A stretch of DNA of 64,000 nt from Macrostomum lignano (Eukaryota). Where the stretch lies: contig NIVC01000948.1 in NCBI GenBank assembly GCA_002269645.1, forward strand, positions 62,001 to 126,000. Direction: 5' to 3'. Made by a program: the position numbers and the translations under genes. This document shows positions 1-28,832 of this stretch, in pieces; within the stretch, counting starts at the first letter, position 1, and each line of letters begins with the position of its first letter. The notes beneath the pieces are model-generated. The model did no database searches. It was given only the letters and a program-made list of their open reading frames with translations, and was not told the origin of the DNA.

Positions 1-184
1 AATGTATAATGAAACAATTAAAAAGTCACATAATCAGTAAGCTATTTTGCTAAGCTAACTAGTGGGTACCTGATCGACAATCTGAAATGGGGAGAATTAT
101 CGATGATAAAAATGGATACTTTCGTGATGAATTCTTCATGAAAAACCTGCATTTTCAAATTTCTATTTGTTTTGTCTAAATTAC

Positions 185-18682
<18,498 letters not shown>

Positions 18683-18696
18683 CTGGGAAGCGATGA

Positions 18697-18830
18697 AGTG
18701 ATTCTCATGAGGTGCAGGGCGATTCTCATGAGGTGATGTGAGATTCTCCTCAAGTGATGTGAGATTCTCATGAGGTGATATGAGACGCTCGTGAGTTCAT
18801 GTGTGATTCTCATGGTGAAGGAGCAATTCA
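18697..18830. repeat. Degenerate ~21-bp repeat (GATTCTCATGAGGTGATGTGA) just upstream of the ferlin ATG exon
   Basis: 5-6 degenerate units. Confidence 0.65.
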
Positions 18831-19829
18831 CGTGAAATGATACAGGTAGTAATAACCACAGACTAATTTAGAATTTAAAAAATCAAAAACACATCTTTCT
18901 GCAGAGCAATATTTTAAGAATCAAGAGTCCCTCAGTCAAGCGCCTTTTTGATTTCTTTTTTGAAGTAACTTTTTGTTTCACGCTTTTGAATTTCGACTGT
19001 GGGCGTTAAACTCCTGCTTTGCGCTGCACAGCTACATCTAGGAGCTACTGATTCCTTAGTTTTGAATGTCCTTCACCTTCTCTCTAATTGCTCTTCTGTC
19101 TCTTCCCTTTCGCTTGTGCACTATAGTATTCTCTCTGTGATCTTTAGCCTCTCTGCCTCTCCCTCTTCCTCGCTCTCCCTCTCCCCATCTCTCTCTGTCT
19201 CTCTCACTCATCTCTTACTCCTCTCACTCCCTCTCACTCCCTCTCACTCATCTCTCACTCCCTCCCGATCGACAGCCGCAAATATACAAAAACTATAGTA
19301 ATCTTAAGCATGTAATGGTGGACTCAGCACGCCTGTGTAGCATGAGACAGACCAGCCTACGAGTCAAGGTCTCAATCCAACACACCTGCATCCCCTCAAT
19401 TCTGGTGCAGGAATGGCAGGAGAACTCTCCAAGTTGACTCACAAGCCGACCCAGGGGTTCACGTCCCGCATGTGCTCAAGGCAGCTCTAGGGCTGCTGGA
19501 CTGACTGGGCTTCGGCGGTGCAACCCATCCGTGGCTTTGGCTTCTGTCTTTGTGCCGCTTTGGGTACGGGCTTCACCCGGAAGTGAACCTGTGAAGTGAA
19601 TCAGGTACCTCTGGCCACGGCTCTAAGGAACAGGTATCACCCTCTGACCTTAACAGGGTATGCGGCCAGTCCGCATGCTCCGGGGACAGCCTTTTGTCCC
19701 TTCAAGGGCCCAGCGTAGTACCGAGCTGATAGCCCTTTGGCTCTTAGCCGGTGAGTTTCTCGGTTGCTAGCGGTCGGGCCGGTAAAGGCCTAAGCCACCC
19801 CGGTCGCCATCTTTTGGCTGGCTGTTGGC

Positions 19830-21054
19830 TGTTACGGCCCAGCAGCTTCTCACCTCCAGTCCCCAATCGACTTTCAGCGACTCATTGAGTATTCATTTAC
19901 CTCCGACGCGTCCGAGGCCAACCGAGATTGGTACCGCGGCCCAGCCGGACATTCGCAACACCGGAACCAGTGACTCTCGTCAGCCCCTGCCGCCACTCAG
20001 AACACTGCCGAAGTGGCTGGACAAAACGTCGGCGGACCTCAGACCTCTACGGCGAAAGGACGGCGGACAACTGGAAACCCCGTGAAATCCACTGCTTCAC
20101 TGACGAGTCCCAAATCAACTCCGCCTCTGGCTACGGCTACTGCATCGTGTCTGGAGGGAGAACCGTGGTGACCTTCAGCACACCGGCACCTGCTCCACCG
20201 TCTTCTAGAACGAAGTTCTCGCCATCAGCTCCTGCGCCATGGAGCTGTATAATCAGCGCGTCTGGGGGAAGGAGACTATCCTCCATTCGGACAGTCAAGC
20301 GGCGATCCGCGCCCTTGAGCGCACCACCACCTGCTCGCGTACAGTTCTCGACTGCCTCGGGCAGCTCAACCGCTTAGGCGCTTCTAACAAGGTGTGCTTA
20401 AGGTGGATCCCCGGGCATTCGGGCCACCCCAGCAACGAGCTGGCCAATCGCCTGGCCAAGGCTGGCTCGACCGGTTTTTTTACTGATCCCCTGCCCGTGG
20501 CCCCCAACCCCACCGCCGTTGTCACCACTCGAACCAACCAGTGGGTGGCTTCAAAGGGAGAGGTGGGCTAACGCCCCGACTGCCGGCAATCCCGCGACGC
20601 TGTCCCCTGTCCTTCCTCTGCTTGGACTCAACCGCAGGGACATCAGGGCTGTGACCATCGCCCTCTCAGGTCACGGCTGTTTTGCCAGGCATCGTCACCT
20701 CCAAGGAAAAATCCGTAGTTAGGAATGCTCTTCTGCCTCTCCGGTGTCGAGAATCCAGAGCACTTCATCTGTGAATGCCCCGCCTTTACTCAGGACAGGC
20801 TCACATACCTCGGCCCAAACCCGGACCTATCCGACGTTTTCAGGCCCGAGAGTCTTTGCCAGCACGTCCGCTACCTAAGGGCTACCGGGCAAGCGACCAT
20901 CCACTTCTTGGACTCTCCCGGAGGGGGACCGCGCTGCGGACACCGCAGCACCGGCTGCCCGTGGTCGCCAGGGGTTAGTGAAATTGGCGGCAACGCCTCC
21001 ACGCTGCATACGGATGCACGGAGCCCCCTGAAACTAAGTCAAGTCAAGTAAGTC
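19830..21054 (+). mobile_element. Degenerate 3' part of an RNase H-containing non-LTR retrotransposon (R1/LOA/I-group-like)
   Basis: Frameshifted RNase H motifs HCFTDES, ILHSDSQAAIRAL, LRWIPGHSGHPSNELANRLAK, then LSGHGCFARHRH and a Cys/His knuckle [13 protein letters not shown]. Ends in an (AAGTC)n-like tail at 21035-21054. Confidence 0.8.
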
Positions 21055-24000
21055 ATTGTAATCCTAAAGTCACTTACATGAATTAATTGCTGTCAGTTGT
21101 CTACAGGTATTAAAAACCTGATTGAGAATCAAAGTTGGCGGCAAGTGACCGGCAAGTCAGAAATGCACTGACGGCACTGGTCTGGTCAACAGTTGTTTCA
21201 CCAAAAAAATTTAGCGCCTAATAAAAATAAAAACAACTCATTTTCTCTCACTGGTCTGCTTTTTCTGAAAAAAATAGAAATGGCGACATAATTTCTGCTC
21301 TTATCTATTTTGTCAGAGAAATCTTCTCCAATGACAGTTGGAGGAATGGCTGAGCGTGACATTCCAGCCAGGCTGGTAGATTACAGTCAGCTCTTGCATT
21401 GGTTGAGCTGATTTCGAATAGCATGCACATTAATGCAAGACCAATGCACCCCGAAGTTATGAAGCGTCGAGTCTTTTTACCAGATTAAAGAAAGACTTCT
21501 CGAATTAATGGCTGAGTGTACTGGGCTATCTTGTCTTGCCATTGGATCAGTAAAATATGCATTTAGTCATCGACAATGGCGAACTTGACGGGCCGTTTGA
21601 ACTCCTGTCTAGCAATTGAAATGATTTGTGTGGAATGGAATTTATTATGGTCGAGTTTAGCTGGATGTTGCGGTAGATGGGATCATCACAGTTATATTTG
21701 ACTAAACACCCGTTTAAGTATAGACATGCGACCTGGATGCATGACCACCAGTAAGCCAATGGGTGATGCAATTAATGACAAAGGATGAAGTACATTTATT
21801 ACTTGATACTTTAGCGCGGTCTACCTAAACTATAGGTATATACTGAGGGTTTGTTTTTTACTTTTTTCATTGGAAATCAATTGTTTTTTCGAATTAATAT
21901 TATGTTTACAGATAGCTATAACTAAAACTTTTGGTATACAGACATAAGAGAGAAGAATCCGGTATAAGTACTTGCACCCATTCTCCCACAGCGAAATTCT
22001 AGGGCAGAGGCAAAGTCAAAGAACGAGGGGATCGCGAATTTACACAGTTCAATTTTTTAAAATCAAGTATCTGTTTTTTACTTGATTTCATCTGTTTAAT
22101 CTAGCATTAAAATGTGGAGCATAAATATTATTACTATAATTTAAATACAATTGGTCTTTTTCACCTCTATGAAAGACAATAAAAAATGTATATTTGTTTT
22201 TTCCTCAGCGAAAATTCAACTACTGTTCAGGTGTGCACGTGCAAATAAATCTGCGTAAATTTACAAAGTAAAGCAACTTAATTAGAGTAAAAATACATGT
22301 GAATATTGGACAAGTTGAGCTATTTTGCATTAAAAGCACTATGACTATGAGTAAGGATTTTGTTGTATAAACCCTTACTTCTTGGACATTTGAATATCAT
22401 TCGTTTGCGTAGAAAACATTGATTACGAATCATAACATCCCACCCTATGCTGATATGGGAATAGGAAACACTTATATAAATTGAAATACTCAATCACATT
22501 ATTCATTTTTTATTACATAGCATTGTTCAACCTCGAGGGCTTTTGGTTCAAATCAAATAAATACTAGGCCTAGCTCGAACTCGTGATGCATCCTATTCAA
22601 ATTCGTGCCAAAATGCAGCATTTTAAAATAGCATTTAAAGTATCTGCAAAATCACAATCTTTTATAAAGCGTCTGTTAACCTCTTAAAATAGGCTTTTAC
22701 TCATGCTAAAGGTATTTTCATAGATTTTAATGTTGTTTAAAATTTGTAGTGTCGAGCGTATTTAAGTTGCATTTATTTATGGCCTTAATATTTTTTAAGG
22801 TTAAGGTTTTAACTCTCTACTAGGCTCTTCTTAATCTTGATTTTCGTTGTTCTTGTTAACATGTTGAATGATTGATAACAAAAATTTTGGGCCAAAGCTG
22901 GGTGGGTTTATGAACACGCATTCAGTAATCAGCTTCCTCTCTGACATTTTATAAACTATTTCTTTAACATTTGCTGGGTCTGGGTGGCACATGATAGGTG
23001 GCCTTACTTATGCCTTTCTTATTCATTATTGTTGTTTTGTCTATCATAGGCCTATATAGACTGTCGATAAAAATTCAATCTTTTTAGGCCTTGGTGTTGA
23101 CCTACATTTGATACTGATACTGATACATTGTGAAATATGACAGATATATATATTTGATTTGATCTAGATGCAAGCCAATTATGGCCCAAGCACTGCACTA
23201 GTAGCCTAATAAAATAAGCTATGCCTATCTTTGACTCTGTTGCCAAACTAGGTTAAAATTTTATAACATAGGCCTATAGTTAAAAATTGAGCTAAAAGTT
23301 TATATGCCTAATATCTACAATTCTAGCTCGTATATATATCAAGTTGAAGGCAAATATATATATAATGGTACACAAAATTCCCTTTTAAAAAGTCTTCTTG
23401 AGTCTCTTAAAAGCTATTAAGGGATATTTATACTATAATATAAATGTAATAAATGAGACCAGAATACATGGTAGGCCTAGTACATTGCTTTTTAGACTAT
23501 TCATTTAAGCATCATACAAATTTGTATAAAAATTCATTTGAATAATAATATAAATGAGCTTTAAAGGCAAGCTTCAATAGAAATTGTTTGAAAATGATTT
23601 ACAATTAATGGTCATTGCTCTCAAAGGCAAAGCCAATAAATAGACAGCGAGAAGTTGCTTGCTTTTGCTTGTCAATGACTTTGCTAATGTTATAATTGTT
23701 TATATAAGTTAACTATAAAGGACACCTTTTTATAACAGATAGAGTTACTAACAAAGTATTTCTTATAGTGGCATCAAAATATTACTCACATGTAAGGCTA
23801 CATCTAGCAGAGCTTGGCTCATTGCCATAGTTTTTTGTTAATAAATGGAATAAATAAAAGCTTTCTATTATGGACTTTGAGCAAAACAAAGGGAAAAAGA
23901 TTTTGAGTTTTTTATACATTGGTATATTATGTTGAAACTATTATAAAGGTATTGCAATTTTAGCAAGTGAACATATGGCTTATTAGTGCCTTTGCAATAG

Positions 24001-24511
24001 AGAGTAAAATCTAAAAGTGAGCATGCTTACTTTCTTGCATGTTCATAGACTTGTGTTTGTGAGTCTGCATAAAATGAGTAGTAAATAGCAGATCATCAAG
24101 TATAGCAATAAAGTTGATGCCTAAATATATCATCATACCACTCAACCACAGACTAGGTTTTTTGCTGACACTGATATGAAATTATATCCAAGGTCCATTT
24201 TCAAGATGCAATTCGGAAATTTAAGATATTATATAGCATCCCTATTGCATAAAAAACCTAGCAACCTAAGGTTTTTTTTCTAGTGACTAGTGCTTGGGTG
24301 CAAAATTATACTATCTTGCCTTCAACTATAAGATATAGCTAGTTTTTAGAACAACCATTACTTGTTAGAAGCACTTGAAGATAGGTTATTAAGGTGATAT
24401 TTAACTTTGTTGTTGGTGTATGAGAAAATATTGGTCCTCATGATTAAATATGTAAATATAAATATAAATTTTTGAAATTGATAGCCAGGTATTAATTATC
24501 TTATTTATTGC

Positions 24512-24613
24512 ACTACCTAGTGGTTAGTGTCATACTCAGGACTCAAAAGGTTTGATTCCAAATCCCAACTGGAACAATTTGTGTCCTTGAGCAAGACACC
24601 TAACTCTGCATTG
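24512..24613 (+). mobile_element. Truncated copy of the same SINE, just upstream of Dbf4
   Basis: CCTAGTGGTTAG..GGTTTGATTCC..TGTGTCCTTGAGCAAGACACCTAACTCTGCATTG matches the 5' half of copies 1 and 2. Confidence 0.7.
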
Positions 24614-24667
24614 GTATAATCAATTAAATTATGAATATTAAAAAGCTAAAATGCTGACTGATTGCAG

Positions 24668-27077
24668 TTGCAAAGTGGCGCAGAGAAGCTGCAGTTGCAG
24701 CCAACGCCGCCATTGCCTTCCCCTTCGCCATTGGAGCTGTCTGGCAAGCGAGTGTTCTTCTTTTATGAGCCTGCAGGGACTCGGCGCGATCGGCAGTGCG
24801 AAGCTGGCGTGCAGCTTTGCGGCGGCATTGTGGAACCCTTCTTTTCCAAACAGGTTGGTGTTGTTCCAGATTTATGGTATGAGGAATTGCTGACTGTTTG
24901 AGCATCATGAGATGGGTGCTGACTGTTTGAGCATCATGGGGTGAGTGCTGACTGTTTGAGCATCATGAGGTGAGTGCTGACTGTTTGAGCATCATGAGGT
25001 GAGTGCTGACTGTTTGAGCATCATGAGATGGGTGCTGACTGTTTGAGCATCATGGGGTGAGTGCTGACTGTTTGAGCATCATGAGGTGAGTGCTGACTGT
25101 TTGAGCATCATGAGGTGAGTGCTGACTGTTTGAGCATCATGAGGTGAGTGCTGACTGTTTGAGCATCATGAGGTGAATGCTGACTGTTTGAGCATCATGA
25201 GGTGAATGCTGACTGTTTGAGCATCATGAGGTGAGTGCTGACTGTTTGAGCATCATGAGGTGAGTGCTGACTGTTTGAGCATCATGAGGTGAATGCTGAC
25301 TGTTTGAGCATCATGAGATGGGTGCTGACTGTTTGAGCATCATGAGGTGAATGCTGACTGTTTGAGCATCATGAGGTGAGTGCTGACTGTTTGAGCATCA
25401 TGAGGTGAGTGCTGACTGAGCATGACGCCATGATGAACCTAACACAAACCTGTCCCCCAGGTGGACTGTCTCATCACTAATGCGGACCTGTCCAACAAGC
25501 CTGTCGCAGAGGTGTTAGGATTCGGTGCCGTTGCTGCCTCCACCCCGCCGCCCAGGGTCCATGGCGCCTCATCACGCGGCCTCCTGCTGCAGCGCCTGGC
25601 CGCGGCTGCCAAAGGCGTTGCTGACCCAGCAGCTGCCATCGTTCATCAAGCTTCCACAGCCGCTGCCGCCGGAGACGACACCCTGGCTAAGGCGCGGTCT
25701 CTCGGGCTAAGAATCTTCAAGCTGACCGATGTCCGGGACTGCCTCCGGGCCAGCGGCCATCTGCCGCCAGAGCCCGCCGATGCGGCCGGTGCAGCAACCG
25801 GGGCAGCAGCAGCAGCCTCCTCAGCGTCGGTCACACCGCAGTTCTATTCTGGCGACCGAGTGCTCAGCCTGCCAGCCCTGGTGATTGCGGATCCCAGGCG
25901 TCAGCGAGGTCCAATTGTCAGCGAGAAACTCGACGTTGTCGACTGTTTCAACGCCGCTGCCGGCTCCGTCAAGGAGAACCGCCGGCCGCCGAAAATTGTC
26001 TCGCCCTGTCGGGGTCGGCAGCGACGTCGGAATCCGGAGCCGCCGCCGCCGACCCAGCCGCCGCCTCAGAAGCGACGATGCGAGAACTGCCACGGCGCTT
26101 ATTTAGACTTCAACAGTCACGTGACTGGGCCGCGGCATCGCCAATTCGTTGCCACGCCGGCTAATTTTGTGGAGATTGACAAAGTGCTGTCGGACTTGAC
26201 TCCGCTAGCTGAAGCTCTCGCCGTTGCGGTGCCCGCGCCAGCAGCGCCCGCAGTCGCTGATGCCGCCGACACCGCAGCTGCCGAGGCCGCTGTCGCTGTG
26301 CCCGACGAAGCAACCTCGGCGAAACTGGTCGCTGACTTGAACTGGCTGGCCGCCAGCCCTCGAGCCGCCGGCAAGCAGCGGTCGAACTCGGCTGCGGCAG
26401 TCGCCAGCCAATGCCGGGGGCGCAGTCATTCGCAGGACATTCGATTCCTAACCGGCCGTCGGGTTAGCGCCGGCGCCGCTACGGCCGCGGCTCCGCTGTC
26501 TTCTCGCCGCCAGCTGATTCCCAAGCAGCACCGGAAATCGGCTCCGCAGGTGTTGCTGCCGACGGTGGTGCAGAAGAAGACCGGCGGTGATGCCGCTGTT
26601 GCTATGGTTGACAATGCCTCAGCAGCTGATCCTCAACAGCCGCGGGCTAAGCGACCCAGGCTGGATGCTGAGGCAGGTCAACAGCTGAAGTCCTCTGGAG
26701 CGGCAGTTAGCGAAGCCACCGAGCACATGGCCATGTCCAACTGCGACTTGCCGGCATTCAAATATCCCAGCACCGCCAGTTTTGGCCGGCTTAGTCGGCA
26801 AAGCGACGAAGCGGCTGCGCCTGTTGGACAACGCGTCGAGGCTGCCGCGTCGAGTAATTTGGACAATGACGTCACCGTGCCGATGTCGGATCCTGCCTGG
26901 TCGGATCCGACCGATCCATTGCAGCAGCAGCAGCTATCCGCATCTCGGTCTGCATCGTCGCAGGCTGGCCGCTCCAATGCTGCGACCGCCGCTTCGGGTG
27001 TCAATTCGTCAAACGATAATTGCGGCTTGTCGTCTCCTTCGGCTTGTCATCGGCGGCATAAGCGACAATTGAGTTAA
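24668..27077 (+). CDS. DBF4: Dbf4/ASK-like regulatory subunit of Cdc7 kinase
   Basis: Exons 24668-24853 (LSGKRVFFFY..CGGIVEPFFSKQ, BRCT-like motif N; CAG|GTTGGT) and 25461-27077 (cccag|VDCLIT; motif M LSLPALVIADPRRQRGP; motif C zinc finger CENCHGAYLDFNSHVTGPRHRQF). About 600 aa with a long Ala-rich tail. No in-frame ATG, so the 5' end is open. Confidence 0.85.
24884..25418. repeat. 29-bp minisatellite GTGAGTGCTGACTGTTTGAGCATCATGAG
   Basis: About 18 units filling the Dbf4 intron. Confidence 0.96.
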
Positions 27078-27104
27078 CAGCGAGTTGATCGAGTCTAATA
27101 GGCT

Positions 27105-27570
27105 CAGTGTGATTTCTCGTTGCTATGCGGTTGCTGTGGTACCGGATAGTACAATTTCCCGTTGCTACGCGGTTGTTAGGGTATTAGATAGCAGAACTCC
27201 CCGTTGCTATGCGGTCGTTAGGGTATTAGATAGCAGAACTCCCCGTTGCTATGCGGTCGTTAGGGTATTAGATAGCAGAACTCCCCGTTGCTATGCGGTC
27301 GTTAGGGTATTAGATAGCAGAACTCCCCGTTGCTATGCGGTCGTTAGGGTATTAGATAGCAGAACTCCCCGTTGCTATGATGTTGTTAGGGTATTGGATA
27401 GCAGAACTCCCCGTTTCTATGCGGTCGTTAGGGTATTAGATAGCAGAACTCCCCGTTGCTATGCGGTTGTTAGGGTATTGGATAGCAGAATTCCCCGTTG
27501 CTATGCGGTCGTTAGGGTATTGGATAGCAGAATTCCCCGTTGCTATGCGGTTGTCGGGGTATCAGAATAA
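27105..27570. repeat. 42-bp minisatellite immediately after the Dbf4 stop codon
   Basis: About 10 units of GTTGCTATGCGGTCGTTAGGGTATTAGATAGCAGAACTCCCC. Confidence 0.94.
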
Positions 27571-27949
27571 TCTAATTCCCTCCTAACATGAGTCAGTATG
27601 TATCCAAGATAAGTGAGGCTTTCTACGAGCAGCATTTTTCCGGTGCACGCGAATTTCTCTTGTCCAAGTCTGTGACGATATTTTGCGCACTTTTATTTCA
27701 CTTGTCAATCATTTTTCTTATTATATTATGAGGTGCGCCTGTTGCTGTGCCATGCGAGCCGAAGTGTTTATATCTAAAATTGTACTTGAGGTTAGCTGCT
27801 CAATCAAGTCATGAATTTGCATTCAATATTGGCTTTTGTTAAATATATATACACGCTTTACTCACCAAATTTATTATTGAATATTGCTTACTGTTCGTAT
27901 GTTATGCTTTTCATTTCTGTTAATTAAGCAACTGATAGGGTAAGTGGGG

Positions 27950-28665
27950 ATACATGAACTTCGATAGGGTAGTGCAGATCCCTGAGGAACTTTGAGAGGG
28001 TAGTGCAGATCCCTGAGCAACTTTGAGAGGGTAGTGCAGATTCCTGAGCAACTTTGAGAGGGTAGTGCAGATCCCTGAGCAACTTTGAGAGGGTAGCTCA
28101 GATCCCTGAGCAACTTTGAGAGGGTAGCTCAGATCCCTGAGCAACTTTGAGAGGGTAGTGCAGATCCCTGAGCAACTTTGAGAGGGTAGCTCAGATCCCT
28201 GAGCAACTTTGAGAAGGTAGTGCAGATCCCTGAGCAACTTTGAGAGGGTAGTGCAGATCCCTGAGCAACTTTGAGAGGGTAGTGCAGATCCCTGAGCAAC
28301 TTTGAGAGGGTAGCTCAGATCCCTGAGCAACTTTGAGAGGGTAGTGCAGATCCCTGAGCAACTTTGAGAGGGTAGCTCAGATCCCTGAACAACTTTGAGA
28401 GGGTAGCTCAGATCCCTGAGCAACTTTGAGAGGGTAGCTCAGATCCCTGAGCAACTTTGAGAGGGTAGCTCAGATCCCTGAGCAACTTTGAGAGGGTAGT
28501 GCAGATCCCTGAGCAACTTTGAGAGGGTAGCTCAGATCCCTGAGCAACTTTGAGAGGGTAGCTCAGATCCCTGAGCAACTTTGAGAGGGTAGCTCAGATC
28601 CCTGAGCAACTTTGAGAGGGTAGTGCAGATTCCTGAGCAACTTTGAGAGGGTAGCTCAGATCCTT
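27950..28665. repeat. 29-bp minisatellite GAGGGTAGTGCAGATCCCTGAGCAACTTT
   Basis: About 24 units between Dbf4 and ARIH1. Confidence 0.96.
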
Positions 28666-28832
28666 GAAGATTTTACTTCCCTGTAACTCAATACTAAATT
28701 TGACCCTTTGAGCTTCTTATCGTCTGATTAATCTATTTGCATGCTCTCAGCCGTGTGCTTGGCCAATAAGAATAGGACAGAATTACCATTAGATTAATCT
28801 ATATATAAATAACAATAGAATAGACGGTAAAT

